Part shown: in pieces, positions 1-11,700 of the stretch | How positions within the stretch are numbered: position 1 is the stretch's first letter | Layout of the letters: each line of letters starts with the position of its first letter | Origin: Macrostomum lignano | Taxonomy: Eukaryota | DNA: 42,225 bases | NCBI GenBank assembly: GCA_002269645.1 | Contig: NIVC01004553.1 | Span: 1-42,225 of the forward strand | Direction of reading: 5' to 3' | Notes under the pieces: model-generated | Seen by the model: only the letters and a program-made list of their open reading frames with translations | Databases searched by the model: none | Told to the model about the DNA's origin: nothing | Program-made: the position numbers and the translations under genes

Positions 1-790
1 AAGGGAATCTGACCGCTAAGGAGGGGAATCTGACCGCTAAGGAGGGAATCTGACCGCTAAGGAGGGGAATCTGACCGCTAAGGAGGGGAATCTGACCGCT
101 AAGAGGGGAATCTAACTGGTATGTAGGGAATCTAACCGCTAAGGAGGGAAATCTGACCGCTAAGGAGGGGAATCTGACCGCTAAGGAGGGGAATCTGACG
201 CTAAGGAGGGGAATTTGACCGCTAAGGAGGGGAATCTAACCGCTAAGGAGGGGAATCTAACTGGTATGTAGGGGAATCTAACCGCTAAGGAGGGAAATCT
301 GACCGCTAAGGAGGGGAATCTGACCGCTAAGGAGGGGAATCTGACCGCTAAGGAGGGGAATCTGAACGCTAAGGAGGGGAATCTAACCGCTAAGGAGGGG
401 AATCTGACCGCTAAGGAGGGAAAACCGCTAAGAAGGGGAATCTGACCGCTAAGGAGGGGAATCACTGTAGTAAGGGGAATCTAACCGCTAAGGAGGGGAA
501 TCTGAACGCTAAGGAGGGGAATCTAACCGCTAAGGAGGGAATCTAACTGTATGTAGGGGAATCTAAAGCTAAGGAGGGAATCTACCGCTAAGGAGGGAAT
601 CTAACCGCTAAGGAGGGAAACTGACCGCTAAGGAGGGGAATCTAACTGGTATGTAGGGGAATCTAACCGCTAAGGAGGGGAATCTAACCGCTAAGGAGGA
701 ATCTAACGCGGCTAAGAGGGGAATCTAACGCGCTAAGGTGGGGAATGCTAACTGCTACGGGGAATCTAACCGCTATGGAGGAGAACCTGA
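1..790. repeat. Minisatellite, ~21-bp unit AATCTGACCGCTAAGGAGGGG with interspersed variant AATCTAACTGGTATGTAGGGG
   Basis: Direct tandem repetition from the window start, decaying near 700-790. The overlapping ORFs (FPSLAVR repeats) are artefacts. Confidence 0.95.
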
Positions 791-3241
791 TTTCTAAGGA
801 AGTAAATAAACAAGCTCGGAGATCTGAGAGGCCCGGTAAAAAGAGATGAACATGAAGGTTTTTTGCGACTTCTTTTCGTCCTTTTTCCTTTTCTGTGCGA
901 CTCGCTTCACCGCTAGGGTCGCGCCTTTTTCGTGTCGCCTCCCACGTTCCCCGTCCACCCATCTTCATATTAGGAAATCAAATGGCTTGTTGAGTTGGTA
1001 TACGCTGGGGGCAGTTTGAATCTGCATGACATCAACAGCAATTTTGCTATACGCGATCGTAGTAATTAGTACATTCTCTACATGAAAAAATCGGTGCGAA
1101 GTGGTAAAAAAGTGTCCAGTGTGGCGCCAAAGGCATGGCCTCAGTTCACATAAGTATATATTCTGAGATTCTCGTAGCCTCAAAACTGAAAATCCGGTCA
1201 CACCCCGGATTTCACTTAATTTTCTAACCTTAAATGATGGGATCGGAGAAGTTTGGAAATCGCTGTGCAAGCAAAGGGGATGCGCGATGGCTATTGGCAA
1301 ATATCCCGCGGTCACGATGAAAGAACTGCATGCGCAAACAATTCGCCCTTGTGCAAACAATGAAAATGCATGCACTGCTGCACTGCACTGCTCATCACGC
1401 TAATTGCTTGTGCGTGAAACATGATTCAATGATTAAGCATTCAATGATGGCTATAATCATAGCTGCATGGTAGAACACGAATGAGATCGATATTGGTAAC
1501 ATTTAGCTTTTAAAAAATCGTCTGTTGGTTTATTAGTGTCTGGTAAGTACATTTCATCTGCATACGACGACTGAGTAAAATGTACAACCGTTTCCCTGGG
1601 GTCTGCCAAAGCGAAATCGGCCATGCAGTGCCGAATTCAACTATGGCTAGACGCGAGCAACATGCAGCCATGGAAGCGGCCATGCAAGCGAATCCAAATT
1701 AATTTACATCCGGTTTCTAATGGGGCTACGAGCTATACGATTTGGTTCGAATTAAAGCCTTTGGCTGTTCGTCGAATTTCTTTGTGATGTAGTTCTGCAA
1801 TTTCTGCTTCACAGCATAGGCTAATATGCAGTCCTATTTAATATTACGATCGCAGGTATCGCTCCTTTGTGTCTCGATAGCACTGTTAAAGCCAAAGTAC
1901 AACGAGCTGAAGCGCTCCGATTTTAAAGCATGTATGTATGTATACATGATTGCGCAGCTGTCAGAATCAAACGCCGTGGAGAAGACATCTACGGCCAAGC
2001 ATTGACCATCCGTGATTTATCTTAAAACCATGCTCGTCCAGTCTTAAATTGGCAACAGATTTACTGCATGCAAAATGCTTGTTTGCTTTATAAAAAGTAA
2101 AACGCATATTTACGAATAATTAAAATTTCAAGAAATTTAGGCTAAATTTGAATAAGTAGCCACTATTTAACCTAGTTATAACAACAATACTTCGATAATT
2201 GCAACACTTAAAAGGACTAAGTTATGGTCGTAGTAAATAAAGAATTAAGATGCTAATAGTTTGACTAATCGAGTTAATAAACCTTCCTGAATTTTTCTAA
2301 CTATTGTTTACACAAGCAACAATTAAATCAACGAGGATATCTTCTTAAAATATTTGAAATCAGTACGTCCCTAGTCTACTAAAATAATCATACATTTACT
2401 AATTTATTAACATATAAATAATACGGTAATATTTTATATTAAAAAATATATATTAGAAAATTCTTTGCTCTAAAACTACACTTACAGTCTTTTTTCAACC
2501 CTCATATTAAACAATGCTGTATTTTGCTTCAGCTTCGCACCACCTTCACTGGACTGGCTTCCCAAAGAAATGTATTGATCAAGCAATCTGTCCAAACTAG
2601 ACTATACTTTTATTCTTTACAACAGTTATTAAAGTTGAACTATTTTAATGCAGGGCAACCTAGCAAATCACATGTAAACTATTTAGATTGTTCAACTATA
2701 TATGAACTGAATGAAATTTTATGTGTATAATATGCATGCAATAATACAAAAAAACACAATAAAAATGTTAATTTTGCAATGCTATTCCGTCATTTATATT
2801 CTAGAATGAAATTATTGGTTGTTTTAGGTTTAATCAATATTTATAATATTCATTGATTTAACTACCTGGACAGTAACTACAGATATAGGTTCCTTAAATA
2901 CAAGAATCATAGCAATAAGTATTAATAGTAGTAGCAATATAAAATCAACTATTTCAGTTATAATTTCAAATTTCACTTTGGAAATGACAGCTACTGCTTT
3001 TTCTGAAATTTTCTCTTGCTAATGGTCGAAATAATTTATTACCAATAATTTTTCTATTTGCCATCAAATTCATATATTTTCATGCTCAATTTTAATGCTT
3101 GTCAGTGCTGTAATTTTGATTTTATTTCTCTAAGTTTGAAACTAATCCAGATTATTTTTACCGTATCATGAAACAAAATAAATTTAATTAATATCATCTC
3201 AACAGAATCGATACAGCATGTGATTTCACTTTTTACCCCAA

Positions 3242-4610
3242 ATGCATCCATTTTTGTGCATGTCTTTTTACCGCTGTAATTTTCTGGGTGGGCAGCTGCT
3301 GCTGCTGGCCCTGCTGCTCACTCTGCTGGGCCGGCCATCCAGCCAGCTTGAGCTCAACTGCTCTGGAGGCCACCTACCGCCCGTGGGTCCTGGGGTCGAC
3401 CATCTCGAAGTGGTGGCTAACGCCGCTTCTGCGCCAGCTTCCTGCCAGCTGAGCGTGACTGCCGCTTCGGGCGCCGGGCGCTGGTACCTGTGGCTCGAGT
3501 CCAGCAGCGGGGCCGACGGCGATCTTGTTGTCCGCGACGGAGCCGACGTTACCGCCTGGAGCGGCACCTCCCAGCTCAACAGCGCCATCCTGGAGCGGAA
3601 GCTGATCCGGTCGGGCGCCTTCTCGCTGGACTTGACCCTTCGCGTGGGCCACCTGACTTTGCGGGCCGACCTCGTCGCGCCAGCGCCTGCCCTCCGGCGT
3701 CCGATGGCTGGTCGATGCCATGGCCCGGCGGCTGCCTGATGGTGTCCGCGGGCACCAACAATTTCCTGAGCTTTATGGACGCGCAGCACGCCTGTGAGCG
3801 AGTCGGCGCCAATCTGTTCACAACGTCAGCCTCGGACCCCACGGCCTGGGCCCTGTCTTACCTGTTCTTCGGCAACCGGTTGCGCACCGGCTTCGGCTAC
3901 TGGATTGGCGCCCGCCTCACCGCTGAGGGCAATTGGGCCTACATCAACGGCTCCCGCCTGCTGGTCGGCAGGTAGGCTGCCACAGAGCTGAATTGCACTG
4001 CTTTTCCTACTCTCCGTCTCACTCTATTCTCTCCCAATTACCTGCTATTTGAAATGAATTTAAAAAATTGAAATAACGCCGCTCCCTCCGCAGCACCCTT
4101 CCGCCTTACAAGTACGACTGCGGCCGGTCCGTGGCGGCCTGCCAGTGCGCTCTGTACCGAGAGGCGCAGCTCTACCGCAACGATTGCTCGGACAGGCGGC
4201 CTTTCATCTGCGCTGCTCCGCCAGGCGGCACCTTCGACTTCTTCTCCGCCCACAGTGCCAACTGCGTGGACTGCCGAAGCGCCGTGGTCACCGTGTCTGT
4301 CAGCGACGAATTCGCCGAGTCGGGGCGTCGGATGTACTTTTACTTGGTCAGCATTTGCGTCGTGATCCTGGCTGCCATCACAGCCGGGGTCATTGCCTGC
4401 TTCGTGCACAGCGTCAGGCGCTGGCGGATTGATGCCAAGCTGGCGGCCCGGCGGCCCCCGGACTACGACCTGGACGATGGACCGCCGAATTTCCCCGTGT
4501 CGGCGGCAGTTGCGCCCGCCAGCATCGACCTGGAATCCGAGCCGCCCGTCTATGACGGCTGCGTGGAGGCTGGGCTGCCGGCCAATCAGAATCCGCCAAC
4601 AGCCTTGTGA
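3242..4610 (+). CDS. Type I membrane protein: signal peptide, CUB-like domain, C-type lectin domain, TM helix, cytoplasmic tail with two PPxY motifs; one frameshift near 3672
   Basis: Exon 1 is ~3296-3971 and exon 2 is 4094-4610. The GT-AG intron 3972-4093 joins in frame (LLVGS|TLPPYKYDC). CTL motifs: AQHAC, YWIG, W, DCSDRRPFIC. TM: YFYLVSICVVILAAITAGVIACFV. PPDY and PPVY in the tail. A -1 frameshift at ~3671-3676 is needed to link the CUB-like and CTL parts (likely assembly indel). The CUB call is by pattern only. Confidence 0.75.
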
Positions 4611-4696
4611 TCGGGGCTGCCGGCCAATCAGAATCCGCCAACAGCCTTGTGATCGGGGCTGCCGGCCAATCAGAATCCGCCAACAGCCTTGTGATC
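4572..4696 (+). repeat. 3 x 42-bp tandem repeat containing the stop codon of the lectin gene
   Basis: Unit GGGCTGCCGGCCAATCAGAATCCGCCAACAGCCTTGTGATCG with period 42. The first copy encodes the C-terminus and TGA. Confidence 0.95.
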
Positions 4697-5375
4697 GAAA
4701 GTCAGAAAGAAAACTGATTGTCTGTTTGCTTTTTATAGAGATTTACTGTCTGTGGCTTAAAGCTCCCGTTTTCCCCAATCGCTGTCTGCAGCTGCAGGTT
4801 AAGCAGAGTTTGGGCGCGGTTAGTACACAGCTGGTTAGGCTTGTCTCACAAGTCAATGTATGATCATTTCAAAGAATTTCAAATAAAAGAAGTTATATAT
4901 TCAATTGTCGTTTTTCATGACGCACATGTAAGCTTGGAAAAAAATCTATACTTTTGCACATAGCAAACCCAAGTACAAAGAATTGTTTTATATAAGCAAA
5001 ACCTATTTGTATCGCTGGTGCACTAATCTCAACTCATCCTGTGTCTTCCATTTTTTCACTGAATCTGACCCAGTTTCCTGTCGGTGCTGTGAGATTTTTT
5101 TCAATCAAATTTCCGCTTTTGTCTTCCGTTTATAGATTTTTCAATTAAAAAATATACAAATTTCGCTGAGCAGATTGCTATTTTACGATAGAATTCATAA
5201 ATAATGAACGCCCGGTTCACCTTTCTGAACAGCAATTAGCGATACTTTCATAACGAGCGCTGCAACAGCACAGGCTCAAAAAAAGAGTTTCCCAACTCAA
5301 TGAGCAACACTCACTTGTATCCGCTTCAAAGGCTTAGGGCTGACGGTAATTGGACTGGCTGGGCTAATAGAACAG

Positions 5376-6044
5376 GTGCCCATAGAGACAAAGCTGGCTG
5401 TCGGCTTGCTCAAATCCGCTTTGACCAGCTCGATAAAACTGCCCGGCAATGCGAGCGGGGCTGACTGCAGCGCAATGGCCGCAGCACCTGATGAGGCCGC
5501 CAACGCAACCAGCCCGCAGGCTTTGCTGCAGACGTCCTCGGAGGCAGGCGGCCTCACCGTGCCGGGCATCGCCCTCATCTTCGTCTGCGCCTTCCTGCTG
5601 GCTGCGGCCGCTGTCGGCCTGGTGCTGTGGCTGCTGGTGAAGAAGGGCGTCATCTGGCGAAGCACCGAGGCTGACCGCTCCGAGATCAACGCCATGTGGT
5701 CGTCGGCGTCCCGGCCGGGCAGCCGGTGGACCAGGATGTCCTCGTCGATGTCCTCTTCGTCACGACCTGGCGGCGGTCCGCGGAGGGACAGCAGCCGGCA
5801 GTCGAATATCACGGCTGGCGGCGCTGGAGACGCCAGCACCAGCGGCTGCAGCAGCGGAGGCGGCCAGCGCAGCGACTCCTCGCCAGCCTGCGAGTCTTCG
5901 CCGAGTTGCCGCATCGCGGCCGACGACTGCAGCAGCCGCCGCAACAGTGAGGCGCAACACCAGAGACTGCGGATAGCGACTGCTTCAGGGAGTGAACAAC
6001 TGGGTGTTGACAGTTCAAGGCAGTTGACTGTTGTGGAAACCTGA
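5376..6044 (+). CDS. Small single-pass (type III-like) membrane protein with Ser/Gly-rich cytoplasmic tail
   Basis: GC-rich ORF with N-glycosylation sequons (NAS, NAT), then hydrophobic segment IALIFVCAFLLAAAAVGLVLWLLV followed by KK. First in-frame ATG is 5475; an AG acceptor lies at 5374-5375. No family recognised. Confidence 0.6.
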   Translation: MPIETKLAVGLLKSALTSSIKLPGNASGADCSAMAAAPDEAANATSPQALLQTSSEAGGLTVPGIALIFVCAFLLAAAAVGLVLWLLVKKGVIWRSTEADRSEINAMWSSASRPGSRWTRMSSSMSSSSRPGGGPRRDSSRQSNITAGGAGDASTSGCSSGGGQRSDSSPACESSPSCRIAADDCSSRRNSEAQHQRLRIATASGSEQLGVDSSRQLTVVET

Positions 6045-6148
6045 GCCGCATAACAGCTTTAGTGCATTCAATCATACGGTGTAAATCTAAGAATTGAGGC
6101 TGGATGCTTCCATAGATTTCTCAATCCCTATGTTATAACATGCAGTTC

Positions 6149-6881
6149 GGCTATGAGCATCTGGAGCTGGCATGCAGTTGCTAGGCTATACGCTGGGTTA
6201 TGAACTGGGCTATGAGCATCTGACACTGGCAATAGCTGGCCTATGAGCTGGGTTCTGAGCTGGGATATGAGCTGGGCTATGAGCACCTGACACAGGCAGT
6301 AGCTGGGCTATGAGCTGGGAAATGATTATCTGACACTGGCAGTAGGTGGGCTATGAGTTGGGCTATGAGCTGGGCTATGAGCATCTGGCACTGGCATTAG
6401 CTGGGTTATGGGCATCTGACACAGGCAGTAGCAGACCTATGAGCTGGGCTATGAGCATCTGGCACTGGCATTAGCTGGGTTATGGGCATCTGACACAGGC
6501 AGTAGCAGACCTATGAGCTGGGCTATGAGCATCTGGCACCGGCATTAGCTGGGTTATGGGCATCTGACACAGGCAGTAGCAGACCTATGAGCTGGGCTAT
6601 GAGCATCTGACACAGGCAGTAGCTGGGCTATGAGCTGGGCTATGAGCATCTGTCACAGGCAGTATCAGACGTATGAGCTGGTCTATGAGCATCTGGCACT
6701 GGCAAAGCTGGGTTATGGGCATCTGACACAGGCAGTAGCAGGCCTATGAGCTTTGCTATGAGCATCTGACACAGGCAGTAGCAGGCCTATGAGCTTTGCT
6801 ATGGGCATCTGACACAGGCAGTAGCAGGCCTATGAGCTTTGATATGAGCATCTGTCACAGGCAGTAGCAGGCCTATGAGCA
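6149..6881. repeat. Compound minisatellite of TATGAGCTGGGC and TATGAGCATCTGACACAGGCAGTAGC-type units, with a 74-bp higher-order period in its centre
   Basis: Tandem units are directly visible. TATGGGCATCTGACAC recurs at 6407, 6481 and 6555. Confidence 0.9.
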
Positions 6882-7226
6882 TACTATTCAATTATTCAAT
6901 CTGTTTATCAGCAAGCAGAAGTCTCGAAGTCTCGTGAACAGCAAACACACGATGTGTAGTTGAATCGAAAGTGCAGCAAAATGAACAAATTTCTGCTTGG
7001 CACACCTCAAGTCATGCCAGTTGGCAATAGAAATGCTTCCCAAACGGCCATGCTCTTTGACCCCATTTCTGGGAAATCAGCTCAATTCCAACAGAGACAA
7101 TTTTGACGGCTAGGCCCCATTTCTGGGAACCAACATCCAAAGGTGTGAAGTGTTTCCCAGAAACACATGCATGGCTCACATTAATTGTGAAGCCTCTATG
7201 GAAAGCTGGGAGACAAATGCACTGAA

Positions 7227-7374
7227 TGCGCTCCCATTAATGTGAGTCCGGGCTCCTTTAGGGTTCGCGGCGTAGCAGCGCATTCGTGCGGGTCACGTGG
7301 ACAAAACCTGACGAAAAGTTGCGCAGAAAGAAACATTATCGCTGCGACACACCTAGGCGGGTGGCCTATAAATA
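7227..7374 (+). promoter_or_regulatory. Putative promoter of the metallothionein-like gene: MRE core TGCGCTC (7227-7233), E-box CACGTG (7294-7299), TATAAATA (7367-7374)
   Basis: Matches to the TGCRCNC, USF-type E-box and TATA consensus 100-250 nt upstream of ATG 7471. These short motifs can occur by chance. Confidence 0.5.
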
Positions 7375-7470
7375 ACCCCCCAGCTGGGCTGGCGGAGAAG
7401 CCCGAAGCGATAGGAAAAAGAGGATTCTCCGATCTGAGCTCTGCGACCCTTATTGTTTAACCTTTTAACA

Positions 7471-8778
7471 ATGGACAAGCCAAGTTGCCCCACATGCAAG
7501 TGCGAGAACTGCAAATGCGAGAACTGCAAGTGTGAGAACTGCAAGTGCGAAAACTGCAAGTGCAAGAACTGCAAGTGCGAGAACTGCAAATGCGAGAACT
7601 GCAAGTGCGAGAACTGCAAGTGCGAGAACTGCAAGTGCGAGAACTGCAAGTGCAAAGACTGCAAATGCGAGAACTGCAAGTGCGAGAACTGCAAGTGTAA
7701 AGACTGCAAGTGCAAAGACTGCAAGTGCGAGAACTGCAAGTGTAAAGACTGCAAGTGTAAAGATTGCAAGTGCGAGAACTGCAAGTGCAAAGACTGCAAA
7801 TGCGAGAACTGCAAGTGCGAGAACTGCAAGTGCAAAGACTGCAAGTGCGAGAACTGCAAGTGCAAAGACTGCAAGTGTAAAGATTGCAAGTGCGAGAACT
7901 GCAAGTGCAAAGACTGCAAATGCGAGAACTGCAAGTGCGAGAACTGCAAGTGCAAAGACTGCAAGTGCGAGAACTGCAAGTGCAAAGACTGCAAGTGTAA
8001 AGACTGCAAATGCGAGAACTGCAAATGCGAGAACTGCAAATGCGAGAACTGCAAATGCGAGAACTGCAAGTGCAAAGACTGCAAATGCGAGAACTGCAAA
8101 TGCAAGAACTGCAAATGCGAGAACTGCAAGTGCGAGAACTGCAAGTGCAAAGACTGCAAATGCGAGAACTGCAAATGCGAGAACTGCAAGTGCGAGAACT
8201 GCAAGTGCGAGAACTGCAAGTGCAAAGACTGCAAGTGCAAAGACTGCAAATGCGAGAACTGCAAGTACAAAGACTGCAAGTGCAAAGACTGCAAATGCGA
8301 GAACTGCAAGTACAAAGACTGCAAGTACAAAGACTGCAAGTGCAAAGACTGCAAATGCGAGAACTGCAAGTACAAAGACTGCAAGTACAAAGACTGCAAG
8401 TGCAAAGACTGCAAGTGCAAAGACTGCAAATGCGAGAACTGCAAGTGCGAGAACTGCAAGTGCAAAGACTGCAAGTGCAAAGACTGCAAGTGCGAGAACT
8501 GCAAGTGCAAAGACTGCAAGTGCAAAGACTGCAAGTGCAAAGACTGCAAATGCGAGAACTGCAAATGCGAGAACTGAAAATGCGAGAACTGCAAGTGCAA
8601 AGACTGCAAATGCGAGAACTGCAAGTGTAAAGACTGCAAGTGCAAAGACTGCAAATGCGAGAACTGCAAGTGTAAAGACTGCAAGTGCAAAGACTGCAAG
8701 TGCAAAGACTGCAAATGCGAGAACTGCAAGTGCGAGAACTGCAAGTGCGAGAATTGCAACAGCGCGTCCTGCAACTAG
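7471..8778 (+). CDS. Giant tandem-repeat metallothionein-like protein (MDKPSCPT + 84 x CKCEN/CKCKD + CNSASCN); in-frame TGA at 8575-8577
   Basis: 15-bp unit from 7495 to 8754 with no indels. Variation is mostly synonymous (AAG/AAA, TGC/TGT, GAC/GAT). Unique N- and C-terminal caps. TATA upstream and AATAAA near 8906. Confidence 0.75.
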
Positions 8779-11700
8779 CAGCCGCAGTTTTCCTGCAGTT
8801 TGAGCTGAGGAAGTTGCCGGAACATTGAGGCATAACTAGCGTAACTAAAGTTTGATAAATGTGTATCCCAACCCTAAAGCAATTTTTTTATCGTGAATTG
8901 TTTTAAATAAATAACTGCATGCTATGAAATCTGTTTGCATGAATCACAAACTTGATTGCTCAATTTTATTGATTTTTCGCGCGAGGTTTATGGCACTCAT
9001 TCTAATAGAACTCTCGAGATTTGTAATTAATTTTGCACGAACAATAAACGCGTATGATTAAAGCCAGATGTAAAAGAAAACAAGATTCTTTCATTTTATG
9101 ATCAGTAATTGAAGAATTTTCGGTAATGTTAACTATGATCGAAAGTTTCATTGGAAGAGCAGACCAAGCAGAATAGTGGTTGTTTTGTACCCTCGATCGT
9201 AGCTATACAAAAATTGAGTTTAGTACTGTAGATTAACCTCGACCTTATACTTTCGTCCAGTTCGCATTAGATTCTACGACAATGCATTCAATGAGTGGCA
9301 TAGATCAAGTAGTATGAAAAATATGAAATCTGCATGTATGTTCTTCGGCCTTATTAGCTTATAGTGTAAGCTTACATAAGCTTGTAAGTTCGGCCTTATA
9401 TTATAAACGCGAAACGAAAATCAGTGCATATAAATATGCTTTATATACAGTCATCAAAACTCAGTTCAGGGGCGTAAATTTACTTTAAAAGGCTGGAAAT
9501 TTAGGATTCTACATATAGGATATCCAACTAAAAGTTACCGTTTCAGGACGCAACACTCGGCGATGCAGTATGCAACGAAGCAACGAAGCACCGATGCAAC
9601 GAAGATGCAGTAGTCATAGGAAATGAAATCGTTTGTCCACAAACTATTGTGTATTTTGTGCCCGTGTTTGTGTCATTGTTACAGTGGTGTCTGCTGTAAA
9701 ACAAATGACAAAGTGAGTTCATAAATGGTTCATGATGTAGCTTAAATTGAGTATACTCAACGTAGAGAACGACCATTAAGTTATTCGTTCAGTCATTTAC
9801 TTAAGACATCAAAAAAGAAGTTCTTTACACCCATAAAAGCTGTTTATTTTAATTCCTTTTCTTCTGCTAGTTCATCTAGTTCTAGTTTCATAATTGCTTT
9901 TCGTTATTTTGTAGGTTATCGTGTTTATTAAAAATAAAAGCATTATAACAAAATATTTAATCATTCAGAGAGAAAATAATCACTTATGAAAGATCCGAAA
10001 AACTTCATTTATCTGCTTACGGTACTTGTTTAAACCGTTATTATTCGATATTCAAACTGGAAAAGAAGCGTACGAGCTATATAGCAAGAAAGCAACAATG
10101 GGGAAGCTCTCTCTCGCGCCATAATTATCACAGAACCTGCACTAATATGATTCTGGCTATGCTACTCATGCTAGAGCATATATAGTTTGCTTCTACTCTA
10201 GGCCCTTAATTTATCTGTCTAATGTTCAGGACTTAATTCTATTTTATTAGTCCCATGACTCGCATCCATGATCCATCTCATTCTAGGCTAGGGCATAATA
10301 TCTTAATCTCCATGATATAATTTTCTTTTGAGTTGTTTTTTTCTGGCAGAAATGGGCCTAGCACTATAGCAGCCTAAGATAAAGGAAACCAAAATGTAAA
10401 CATTAATTTAGTCATCAATTGACAGTAGTCTATAGGCAAGCCAGGCCACAAACAATGTGGTGTGGCTGGTGCACAGTCATTTTGTCTGCTACCTTTTCGT
10501 CTGCCAGCAGACAAAACAACTTCTAAAAAAGAAAAAGAAAAATATAGGGCAATTTTCCTCTTTCATTTGTTAAATTAATTTTTCATTTTAACATGAACAA
10601 TACTGACTTAAAATGACAAAAAACGATAACAATATGATCCCTGGCCCCACCTCCATCCAATGATGATAATGCATTTGTTTTCCTGTTGCAGAGCTTATTC
10701 ATAATAAACAAAAAGGTCAAGTTAAATTTTTTGGGTCTTTTGGGTAATATTTTGAATTTTTAGATATACTTGACATTGACACTTGTACTTTTAAAAACTG
10801 ATTCAATATCTTTACTTTAAATATTTTTAAGAATAAGATATACAGTCCAGATATTTCCTTTTAATATTAACATTGTATTTAATATTTAACATATTTTTAT
10901 AATTATATATTAATTACATATATATTATTTGAAATTATATATTACGTTACAGGGCTGATTGTTTTCTCTTGAATGAAAATTTCACCATTAAGCCACCAAG
11001 TTGTTACAGGCATGTTTCCTACATGCTAGGAAATCTCATAAACTGCCATCAAAGTTGTGATAGGCTTTATTTCTGTCTCTTAAATGTTTTATTGTTGCCG
11101 CCAAGACTATTCTATTATGAATTTATTTTCCTAGAATAAGTCTAGGAAAATTAAAGTTTTTAGTATAAGTCTAATTATTCGTCTAAGTGTATTTATCTAA
11201 TAATCTAAGCATAGGTCAGAGTATTAGTCTGCAAATTATTGAGTATCATTCTTGGTATATGTTCTCACAGGTAACATTCTTACTATTATTCTGGTAGTGT
11301 TCTTATTGTTATTCTGGTACTCGTAGTGTTCTCACTATTATTCTTGTAGCATTCTTACTATTATTCTGGCCTAAGTAGTATATAGGCCTAGTCTACTGGT
11401 ATATATACTGGATGTATGTTCTCTCCAGTCCTGAGCGTTACTAGGATTAGAGGGTCATGGCCCTTTATATGTTTTGAGATCTACTTCGTATTTCTTCTCT
11501 TTCCAACATTCTATTTCTCAGTAGTATATACTATATGCTCTTCCTTCTATTTCACTTCACTTAGAAAATGAATTAACATGGAAAAACACTTCTTGAAATA
11601 TTTCTTTGGAATTCACTAAAAGATTTCTCAACTAACCATTTAGTTGAAGGCTGATTTAAAGCTCCAACAAACATGCCTCTCCTCGCCCAAAATTCATGTC

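Noticed and set aside
1186-1225. 9-bp hairpin GAAATCCGG/CCGGATTTC followed by CTAA, as a Helitron 3' end
   Set aside because: The base after CTRR is not T and no matching 5' TC end or Rep/helicase remnant was found.
5240-5463. Open frame RYFHNERC...RLRADGNWTGW...QCERG, weakly like a lectin C-terminus, as an alternative exon of the upstream gene
   Set aside because: Splice phase is incompatible with the 3971 donor and a further frameshift would be needed. Not excluded, but unsupported.
7353-8833. Alternative-frame ORFs over the Cys repeat (LQFSH, CSSRT, ARTAS, MRELQ)
   Set aside because: They are by-products of a stop-poor 15-bp repeat. Only the CKCEN frame shows synonymous variation, caps and a promoter.
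8779-8930. SECIS element for the in-frame TGA
   Set aside because: Only a weak ACATT/AATGT stem is present, with no proper AUGA core and helix II by eye.
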